This document shows positions 57,219 through 64,000 of a DNA stretch of 64,000 nucleotides, in pieces (the first letter of the stretch is position 1; the number at the start of each line of letters is the position of its first letter). The position numbers and the translations under genes are program-made. The notes beneath the pieces were generated by a model, which ran no database searches, was not told the origin of the DNA, and saw nothing but the letters and a program-made list of their open reading frames with translations. The stretch comes from an uncultured virus (IMG/VR IMGVR_UViG_3300044630_006877) (taxonomy: Duplodnaviria; Heunggongvirae; Uroviricota; Caudoviricetes): IMG/VR virus record IMGVR_UViG_3300044630_006877; one strand, given 5' to 3'.

Positions 57219-57838
57219 GTCTTGTTCTTGACAAGCCACATAATCTTGATGTGCTTTGTCGATGCTTGTCCATGATTGCCGCCTACCGCCCATCCTCCGA
57301 AACGGAAGTGATCGTGCCGTGGGATCGTAAGCCAAGGGAAATACTGCCGATCCTCAAGGCGTTCAGCTCGCGCTTCTACTGGAAGATCGGAATTTGTCCC
57401 GAGGGAACGGCTGGGTATCTGGCCGTCGCCCACCTCGCCAAGTCTGAACGGCCCATCTTCCTAAGTCATCGCCTGTTGATGACCGGGGAGACGCTGGCGA
57501 GTCTGGAGAGCGCAACGTCCGTGCGGGCCTCCGTCTACAAGACAGACGGCATGCTGATGGAATACGACCCCTACAGCTACTGGTTTCCCGATGGCTACCG
57601 GCAGAACTGCCTGAAGATGCCGTATCAGGTCAAGGAAGTCCAGGTGGATAACCTGCCCTACTGCGTGGCTGGCACCAAGGATCTGCTGGACAAGGTGGCC
57701 GAGCTTCCTTTTGTCGACGCCCAGGTCTTCCTGATGGAAGGCCCGCCTGTTTCGCTAGGCAAGTATTCCGGCGAAGAAATCCCCCGCCTGTCCAGCACCG
57801 ACACCCCGTGTTTTCCCCCCGATGAAGATCGAGTTTGA
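57212..57838 (+). CDS. hypothetical protein, possibly a degenerate GT-A fold
   Basis: EVIV...LAKSERPIFL; cluster context. Confidence 0.45.
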   Translation: MLSLVLDKPHNLDVLCRCLSMIAAYRPSSETEVIVPWDRKPREILPILKAFSSRFYWKIGICPEGTAGYLAVAHLAKSERPIFLSHRLLMTGETLASLESATSVRASVYKTDGMLMEYDPYSYWFPDGYRQNCLKMPYQVKEVQVDNLPYCVAGTKDLLDKVAELPFVDAQVFLMEGPPVSLGKYSGEEIPRLSSTDTPCFPPDEDRV

Positions 57839-58499
57839 CCACATCGAGGGTTGGGGCAAGACTACCCAACACGATCTGATTCACGCTCCCTGCTGGGCGA
57901 TTCCCGAGCGGGAGTCTCCAGACGAGATGCTGGAGTCCGGCTTCTTGCCGTGGGCCGGACGCTGGTTCCCCGCTCGTTCCGTGCGCTACGATCTGGAGAA
58001 AATGAACTTCAGGCGCACGACCATCAAGAATTCCGCCAAGGTGACATGGGTCGAGAACAGACTTGCCGACGAACACTACGACAGGATTGTCAAAGCCTAT
58101 GTCGAATTCAGAAAATTTGATAGCGCGCATGTTTTTGAAGAGCTGAAAAACAATCAGGATTTTAGCTGGCTCGCCTACAAGCATGCGGCTGATGTGGTCG
58201 CCTTCCTGGCGTTCCTGCGTTATGAGCGATCTTTCGTTGGCGTTCAGTTCGCCTGGGACTATGTCACGCCCAGCCTGTCTCTGGGATCTGTGAGCACCTT
58301 TGTCGAAGCCCTTCTGGCCCGGTCGTCTGGGTGCCGGTGGTATTACGTTATGGGAGGATACGAAAATGCAAGCGCCTACAAAGCAAACCACGAAGGCTTC
58401 CAGTTCTGGACAGGCAAGGAATGGTCGGAAGATCGCAAACTCTACTCTGAACTTTGTGTCAGGGACTCAAGAATCGAGTACTCCGATGGTCATCCATGA
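57822..58499 (+). CDS. ATE1/Bpt-like aminoacyl-tRNA-dependent transferase (GNAT fold)
   Basis: MLESGF; WDY..PSLSLGSVS...E...AR..G.RWYY.MGGY.....YK matches the ATE C-terminal pattern SLG...E...A...G..Y.YLGY.....YK. Confidence 0.6.
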   Translation: MKIEFDHIEGWGKTTQHDLIHAPCWAIPERESPDEMLESGFLPWAGRWFPARSVRYDLEKMNFRRTTIKNSAKVTWVENRLADEHYDRIVKAYVEFRKFDSAHVFEELKNNQDFSWLAYKHAADVVAFLAFLRYERSFVGVQFAWDYVTPSLSLGSVSTFVEALLARSSGCRWYYVMGGYENASAYKANHEGFQFWTGKEWSEDRKLYSELCVRDSRIEYSDGHP

Positions 58500-58692
58500 A
58501 TGTCGTCAGCCAGTTGAGGTGGACACGCCTCGCGGCAGGGGCAGGGTCTGGCTGGTCACCGACTACGGCACCGAGATCGAGAAAGTCTTCACCGTTGTCC
58601 TGGCTGATTCCGGAGAAATCTGGGAGTTCAGCAACAAGGACATCAAGGCCACCAAGAATTTCACCATGGGACGGGGGACCTGGCCCAAATGA
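58486..58692 (+). CDS. small conserved phage protein
   Basis: V.TP.G.G..W...DYG.E....VV...GE.W...N..I...N.T.GR. Confidence 0.6.
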   Translation: MVIHECRQPVEVDTPRGRGRVWLVTDYGTEIEKVFTVVLADSGEIWEFSNKDIKATKNFTMGRGTWPK

Positions 58693-59423
58693 GAATCGCA
58701 TTCGCGCCCTACAATTTCACTCTGGTGGGCACCGACCAATCTGGTGTCGTCGACGGAGAAATCCACAGCATACGGGTATCGTTGCTGGCTGGCGTCTGGG
58801 CCGTCCGCCACAAGGAGCGGGTGGAATGCTTCCAGGATTTTCCCGACGCCAATCTGGGCGGGGAATTTTCGTGCAAATTGGCGACCAAGATACTACAGGA
58901 CGACAGTTGGTATCCCGGCAAGATTGACCAGTCTGAAACCCTTGAGGAATTATCCTCCCGTGCTGGCGGCCTGGTCTCCATCGCCAAGGACAGCGTCGGC
59001 CTGAACGGGCCGTTTGTGCTGCCGTTCAGCGACGGCCTGGAAAAGAACGGTATCCTGCTCCGGGTGGACGGCAATTCCACAGAATGGAAACGCCCCCAGC
59101 ACCCGCAGCATGCCACCAGCCTGACCATCATGGCCGGAATGCTTGTGAAGAATATGGCGAGTGGGAATTGGGAAAAGGCTGGGGAGGTACTTGAGCAGGC
59201 GTGGCGGCTGATCCGCGAGGAGGCTCCTCCAGAGATTATCCGGGCTTACGCCGACGCAAGGATGCATGGGGCGTCTGGTTGCGTCTGGTGCGGAGACAAC
59301 ACCCTGTTCTGCATAGCACCCTCCGAATGGCACGGGGCGATTTCCAGCATTGTCGGCGTGGAAAAGCTACCGTTCCAAATCAGCTACCAGGGGGCTGGCC
59401 TGCGGGCGGCTTTGAAGCCATGA
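58689..59423 (+). CDS. GHMP sugar-kinase (HddA-like) homolog lacking catalytic motifs
   Basis: N-terminal AP....VGTD and C-terminal A...GA.G.......F......PF.....G; no PxxxGLGSS or GAGGGG. Confidence 0.45.
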   Translation: MRIAFAPYNFTLVGTDQSGVVDGEIHSIRVSLLAGVWAVRHKERVECFQDFPDANLGGEFSCKLATKILQDDSWYPGKIDQSETLEELSSRAGGLVSIAKDSVGLNGPFVLPFSDGLEKNGILLRVDGNSTEWKRPQHPQHATSLTIMAGMLVKNMASGNWEKAGEVLEQAWRLIREEAPPEIIRAYADARMHGASGCVWCGDNTLFCIAPSEWHGAISSIVGVEKLPFQISYQGAGLRAALKP

Positions 59424-59872
59424 GAATCCACTTTCTTGTCCAGACGCTTGCGTCGGCCCATCAATCGCTGGCCCTTGTGCATTGCTGCAACGAGCTTGTG
59501 TCAAAAGACCATGAAGTCCAGGTTTTCGTCGAGGACAAGGGTTCCCCGCCCATCAGACCGAACTTCCCAATTTTTGACGCCTCCTACGCCTACACACAGA
59601 ACAATCCGCTGGTTGTCACATCGCTTTCCAGCTTGGCCGTGGCGATCAACTCGCCTGTCAGCAGAAAAATTTGGTTCTATGTCTGGGACATGGAGTGGTT
59701 GAACGGCGAACCTTTTGCCTGGAGCAATTTGCAACCGATGTACACCGCTGTTCCGCTGTTGGCGAGATCAGAGCATCACCGTCGCATTTTGCAAAACACC
59801 TGGGGCAAAAACATAGAGACGGTTATTGACGATTTTAGTGCAGAACAGATCGAGAGGCTTTTGTGCTCATGA
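59420..59872 (+). CDS. single-domain GT-B-like protein
   Basis: FYVWDMEW; LLARSEHH. Confidence 0.5.
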   Translation: MRIHFLVQTLASAHQSLALVHCCNELVSKDHEVQVFVEDKGSPPIRPNFPIFDASYAYTQNNPLVVTSLSSLAVAINSPVSRKIWFYVWDMEWLNGEPFAWSNLQPMYTAVPLLARSEHHRRILQNTWGKNIETVIDDFSAEQIERLLCS

Positions 59873-60645
59873 ACTATGACTATCTGGTCGATGAATATGT
59901 CACCAAGCAAAGGTCAACACACGAGATTGCCGAAGAGCTAGGGACTTATCCCAATCGCGTCCGCAGGGCGCTGAACAAGTTCGGCATCCCCGTCCGCAGT
60001 CGTTCAGAAGCCCAGTTGGTCGCTCTGGAGCAGGGCAGGCAAGAACACCCCACCAAGGGCAAGCAGCTTTCCCCAGAAAGGCGCGCGCAGATCGGGGAGC
60101 GGATGGCCGAGCAGTGGGGCACTATGTCTGACGAGGAACGGAAGCGCCGATCGGACATTTCCAAAAAGCAATGGGAGACGATGGACGAGGGACATCGGGA
60201 ATCTTTGCAGAAGAAAGCCTTGGACGCTGTGCGTGTCGCCGCCGACACCGGCAGCAGACTGGAGAAGTATCTGATCCGCGGCCTGACCCAGGCCAAGTAC
60301 CCGGTGGATTTTCATGTCCAACTTGAACGCCAGCATATTGACATGGTGGTTAGTCGTAAGGTCGGTTCCTTTAAGGGGATAGCGATCGAAGTCAACGGCC
60401 CCTCCCACTACAAGCCCATATGGGGTGATGAATACTATGAAAAAAGGGCAGCTTCCGACGCAAAGAAGGTCGGATTGCTCGTCGGAAGTAACTTCCTTGT
60501 GATCATCATCAAGGACATAAAGGGAAGCCCTTCCGAAATTCGCATGAAAAACACTTTACAAAAACTTTTGAGCGTCATAGAATTAGCTAAGACCGACCCC
60601 GGGGTGGGGTCATATCATGAGATTGAGGTGGCGGTCGATGGCTAA
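59869..60645 (+). CDS. putative homing endonuclease (HTH, NUMOD3-like, Vsr/DUF559-like)
   Basis: EIAEELGTYPNRVRRAL..FGIPVR; KGKQLSPE.R; IDM...IAIEVNG.SH. Confidence 0.7.
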   Translation: MNYDYLVDEYVTKQRSTHEIAEELGTYPNRVRRALNKFGIPVRSRSEAQLVALEQGRQEHPTKGKQLSPERRAQIGERMAEQWGTMSDEERKRRSDISKKQWETMDEGHRESLQKKALDAVRVAADTGSRLEKYLIRGLTQAKYPVDFHVQLERQHIDMVVSRKVGSFKGIAIEVNGPSHYKPIWGDEYYEKRAASDAKKVGLLVGSNFLVIIIKDIKGSPSEIRMKNTLQKLLSVIELAKTDPGVGSYHEIEVAVDG

Positions 60646-61492
60646 AAAGAAAACTGTTTCTATTTCTGATTTGGACGGCGAAAGCGTTTTGGATACTGTT
60701 TCTTTGGATGCGCCTGTGGCGATCGAAGACAATATCCAATTCGGCAGCGATGTTCTGGTTGCTCAGGTCGGGAATTCTCAACCGTCTGAAATTTCGGAAT
60801 TCAACGCCGACAACTACAAGGAGCACTGCCCAACTGATCCTGACTGGACCGAGTATGTGCTATCCAAGCTTTCGCCCGACGAGCTGTCACCCGAAGGGCG
60901 CCCAACCTGCGACGGCCTTCGTCGAGTGGCCGAGTTGGTGCTGGGGGCGACTATTAATTCCAATGTCCGTATTGTTCAGGCCCCAAGCCCCGAAAACGCC
61001 ATGACTGCTGTGGCCGAGTTCAGCTACACCTACGAGTCGATACACACCAACCGTGAAGTGACATTCACGGCGGCTGCGGACTGCAACTCCGGCAATACCG
61101 ATGGGATGTTCTCCAAGTTTGCCACGGCCATGGCAGAGACCCGGGCTGAGGGGCGGGCTTTGCGTAAAGCGTTGCGCCTGCGCAGGATCATCACGGCTGA
61201 AGAGCCATCCGCCCTCTTTCACGATGTCGATCTGTCCAACGGCGGCAAGTCGACTGAGATGCAGCACTCGTTCATCAAGACCTTGTGCGAACGCAACGAC
61301 ATCAATATCGACGCCTATCTTGGCTCGTCGAAATCCTTCAAGTGGGACGGAAAGCTAGAGAACATACCGCACAAATCGGCTGTTCTCATCATTGCGCATC
61401 TCAACGAGTTGCAGCGGGATCGCAGCAAAATCGACCCCAAATTCAAGGGGTATGATTCTGACTGGAAAAAGAATGTTTCAAACCAGGAGTAA
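60638..61492 (+). CDS. Rad52/Sak-like single-strand annealing protein
   Basis: GLRRVA; AADC...N......AMAETRAEGRALRKAL....AEE. Confidence 0.6.
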   Translation: MAKKKTVSISDLDGESVLDTVSLDAPVAIEDNIQFGSDVLVAQVGNSQPSEISEFNADNYKEHCPTDPDWTEYVLSKLSPDELSPEGRPTCDGLRRVAELVLGATINSNVRIVQAPSPENAMTAVAEFSYTYESIHTNREVTFTAAADCNSGNTDGMFSKFATAMAETRAEGRALRKALRLRRIITAEEPSALFHDVDLSNGGKSTEMQHSFIKTLCERNDINIDAYLGSSKSFKWDGKLENIPHKSAVLIIAHLNELQRDRSKIDPKFKGYDSDWKKNVSNQE

Positions 61493-61495
61493 ACA

Positions 61496-61861
61496 ATGAA
61501 AGCGCATATCCCAACCGCCCACGGCACCATTGAAATTGATGCCACCGATGTGAAAGAGTTGTTCAGGCAGATTGCCTCAACCCAAGAAGTCTTTGGGGAT
61601 CACCGCTGCGGAGCCTGTGGCGAGGATCGCATCGCCCCCCGTGTGCGCCGCGTGACCAAGGGCAAGGTGGAATACGAGTACTTTGAGATCTGTTGCAACA
61701 GCCCGAAATGTCGGGCCAAGCTGGCTTTTGGTCAGTATCAGGATGGATCAGGTTTGTTCCCTGTTCGCAAGCTGGACAAAGATGGCCAGCCCGATCGCGA
61801 AAACGGCACCTACGGCCCGCATAACGGCTGGAGTCGGTACCGGGGCGAACATAAGGATTAA
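61496..61861 (+). CDS. zinc-binding hypothetical protein
   Basis: CGACG...C....C.A.L.FGQ...LFP; AGGAG RBS. Confidence 0.65.
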   Translation: MKAHIPTAHGTIEIDATDVKELFRQIASTQEVFGDHRCGACGEDRIAPRVRRVTKGKVEYEYFEICCNSPKCRAKLAFGQYQDGSGLFPVRKLDKDGQPDRENGTYGPHNGWSRYRGEHKD

Positions 61862-61883
61862 GGGGCCTTGGCGGGACCCTTTT

Positions 61884-61922
61884 GAAGAGGGCGGGGGACT
61901 TGTCGTCCTCCGCCCTTTTTTA
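61884..61922. terminator. terminator between convergent gene blocks, possibly bidirectional
   Basis: aagagggcgggggac-ttgtc-gtcctccgcccttttt. Confidence 0.7.
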
Positions 61923-61927
61923 TGTGA

Positions 61928-62101
61928 CTACGCTTCAGGAAGTTCGCTCTCGACCACCACCAAATCGAGTGGGTGGGCGACGACCTGGAACGGCAAAAAG
62001 ACCCGAGGGTCGATCAGCACGCTCTGGTCTACCGTTGCCGTATACTCCGGAGTCGGAGATTCGAGGGCCGGAGTGATATCGATTTCTTCTGGACTTGTCA
62101 T
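61928..62101 (-). CDS. small acidic hypothetical protein (57 aa, not in ORF track)
   Basis: Manual translation MTSPEEIDITPALESPTPEY...ELPEA; ATGA overlap with upstream ORF. Confidence 0.4.
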   Translation of the reverse strand: MTSPEEIDITPALESPTPEYTATVDQSVLIDPRVFLPFQVVAHPLDLVVVESELPEA

Positions 62102-62331
62102 GATTCAATCCTCGTTCGTTCATCTGTTTCACCTTTGATTGCCCCACCGGTTAGGGCATTACGCGCATTACGCAAAATGCCTGCCACCAGAGGGCCAATC
62201 TCGGGTTGGTATCCACCCCATTGACAAAGGGGCAGTCTTTGCTCGAGCGTCGACAGAAAAGCGTCTGCTGCTGTCCAGCTGGCTATTTCCACGGCGTCCC
62301 GAATGTCCTTTGGGAAGTCTTCGATTTTCAT
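62098..62331 (-). CDS. hypothetical protein
   Basis: TGATG-coupled to the GT2 gene; MKIEDFPKDIRD... Confidence 0.5.
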   Translation of the reverse strand: MKIEDFPKDIRDAVEIASWTAADAFLSTLEQRLPLCQWGGYQPEIGPLVAGILRNARNALTGGAIKGETDERTRIES

Positions 62332-63386
62332 CAGACTTCCTCGTAGTCGTTGCAGTTTTGGCAACAACGAATGCCGTCGCCGTTGTCCGTGAACGGTCGG
62401 CATTTTTCATGGAGTTCGCACTTGTAGACAAATTTGAGAGGGCAGTTGCAGCTTGCCGTGTCGATGGGGGTCGTGCTTTTGTGGAAGCAGGGCAAGGTCC
62501 GCCTGATATTGCCGACAGAGCGGAAACGCTCCGGAAAAACGCCTTCGTTGGGATTAACAAACTCGGCTTCCGCAAGAACGGTTTTGAGATTGGCCTCGGC
62601 AATTCTGGGAGTGAAATGCTCAACGACATCGTTGTAGGGCAGACCGAGTTCGCGGCGACCGACGACATAGTTGAAAATTCTGTCTTCCAGAAACAGGCGA
62701 TAGGGAACACCCTTGGGTCGGCCGAACCGGTGCAGCCACGTCATCCAAGGAACACACATCGCTTGACCGCCGAACTTGCGGACCTTGGAATGTATATACC
62801 CCTCTTCCCCGCCGAAGCCCCTGAACAGGGTGTTGAAGCCCGGCCATTCTTCCTTGTTCATCATGAACTGACCAAGACCCTGCATGGGGATGGGGAAGGG
62901 TTCGCCGAGCTTCACCCTCTCGTCGGTGGCCCAGGTCCCATACATGCTGTCACGCCAGACGGGATCGAAGTGTGTGGCTAGGTTGATGTGATCGTCATAC
63001 ATCAACGGACCCTGATACATGCTTTTCTTGTCGGCGTTGCCGGAACGGATGAATTCTTTTGTCTTGGCCACAACCCCTTGCGTCAACAGGACATGGCTAT
63101 CAATACACATGACCCATTCGCCCTGAGCTTCTTCAAACACAAGCTGCCTGGGCAGGGAAGTGCCGGTTGCATGGCCTCGATGGAGATAGCGCGCCTTGGC
63201 CCATTCCGCCGCGCTCTTGGTGTGGGGACATCCTGCGGGTAGATTGTCCACCACCACCAACTCGACATCAGTTAGATCGTGGTAGGTCCGTAGCGCCTGT
63301 AGGGTGAAATAGACCCCGTCGTAATCGTCGTAGGTCGCCATTCCGATAGTGAGAAGTGGTCCGGCCATAGATTCCTCCTGCGTCAT
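62331..63386 (-). CDS. glycosyltransferase family 2 with Cys-rich C-terminal tail
   Basis: LTIGMATYDD, VVVDN, CIDSHV, GFGGEE; CxH...C.C...C..H..C...CC.NC. Confidence 0.85.
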   Translation of the reverse strand: MTQEESMAGPLLTIGMATYDDYDGVYFTLQALRTYHDLTDVELVVVDNLPAGCPHTKSAAEWAKARYLHRGHATGTSLPRQLVFEEAQGEWVMCIDSHVLLTQGVVAKTKEFIRSGNADKKSMYQGPLMYDDHINLATHFDPVWRDSMYGTWATDERVKLGEPFPIPMQGLGQFMMNKEEWPGFNTLFRGFGGEEGYIHSKVRKFGGQAMCVPWMTWLHRFGRPKGVPYRLFLEDRIFNYVVGRRELGLPYNDVVEHFTPRIAEANLKTVLAEAEFVNPNEGVFPERFRSVGNIRRTLPCFHKSTTPIDTASCNCPLKFVYKCELHEKCRPFTDNGDGIRCCQNCNDYEEV

Positions 63387-63441
63387 ATGGTTTTATGCGT
63401 GGTGGCAGGGGGACGGGTTAGTATGGTAGGAGGATATTGAG

Positions 63442-64000
63442 ATGGCAGCGACGACAGTGATTATTGGCGAACCCCTGACTGGCTTTGGCGGCAATAGCAT
63501 TGTCAGCCAGGTCGAGACTGGGCCGTATCCGTATGTGGTCGTGGAGAACACTTTCGACACCCAGGTTCTTAATGAGGTTTTTTACACACTGCCGCCGTCC
63601 AACTGGTCGAACTGGGCGACCTACAACAACGACTTTGAAAGAAAGCGCACAAGCCGTGATCTGCCTTCGCTGTCGCCGTTCACGCGCAATTTGCTGGAGG
63701 CGATGCAAACCCCATCGTTCGTCAACATTGTCAGTTCCGTCACGGGCATTCCCAATCTGATCTCTGACCCGGGCCTGCATGGCATGGGTATCTATCGCTA
63801 CGACAACGGCGGCTTCCTCGCCCCCCACATGGGTTACGAGCTTCATCCCGTGTTGAATCTGGAACGCCGGGTCAATGTTTTGTTGTTCTTGACGCCAGAA
63901 TGGAACGTCGGTTGGAAGGGGCAGCATTTGCTGTGGGACGATGTCGGCTTCAATGTCATCCGAGAGATTGAGCCGAGACAAGGACGCATGGTTATTTATG
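63442..64000 (+). CDS. Fe(II)/2-oxoglutarate oxygenase, 3'-truncated, HxG variant
   Basis: Manual translation: PYPYVVVEN...DPGLHGMG....GGFLAPHMGYELHP...RRVNVLLFL.PEW...W.G...LW; AGGAGG RBS. Confidence 0.75.
   Translation, partial: MAATTVIIGEPLTGFGGNSIVSQVETGPYPYVVVENTFDTQVLNEVFYTLPPSNWSNWATYNNDFERKRTSRDLPSLSPFTRNLLEAMQTPSFVNIVSSVTGIPNLISDPGLHGMGIYRYDNGGFLAPHMGYELHPVLNLERRVNVLLFLTPEWNVGWKGQHLLWDDVGFNVIREIEPRQGRMVIY

Noticed and set aside
1..64000. tRNA genes, rRNA and stop-codon reassignment
   Set aside because: No cloverleaf with a T-loop was recognised by eye; conserved genes are intact in the standard code and TAA, TAG and TGA all end genes

Overview
This 64 kb window looks like an internal segment of a large dsDNA (jumbo-type) bacteriophage genome. 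Genes are dense and almost all on the + strand, switching to - at about 61.9-63.4 kb. A Planctomycetota host is a weak inference from the style of the CsrA, CAP-like, Pro-linker and papain-like proteins. Order of content: (i) csrA-like gene, YkgJ-like gene, a 680 bp intergenic region holding a candidate structured RNA and a possible origin, a sigma-like gene and a GNAT; (ii) an array of small accessory ORFs joined by a shared 'GGE-stop' junction; (iii) HNH nucleases, a methyltransferase, a second sigma-like gene, DUF932 and a Dps-like gene; (iv) glycosyltransferases, ThyX, a third sigma-like gene, a secreted papain-protease module and tandem paralogous fibre-like proteins, one with Thr-rich linkers; (v) class II RNR; (vi) a replication block: RecA with a class 3 intein, DnaB, primase, dNMP kinase, PD-(D/E)XK nuclease, HNH-MazG fusion, DnaE split in two around a DEDDh exonuclease, and SSB; (vii) a ~10 kb glycosylation cluster containing PhoH, an NTP transferase, an ATE/Bpt-like aminoacyl transferase and several motif-degenerate enzymes; (viii) a Rad52-like annealase, a GT2 and a truncated Fe(II)/2OG oxygenase with an HxG motif. 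I recognised no rRNA, tRNA or CRISPR array. All calls come from motifs read by eye; no database search was run.
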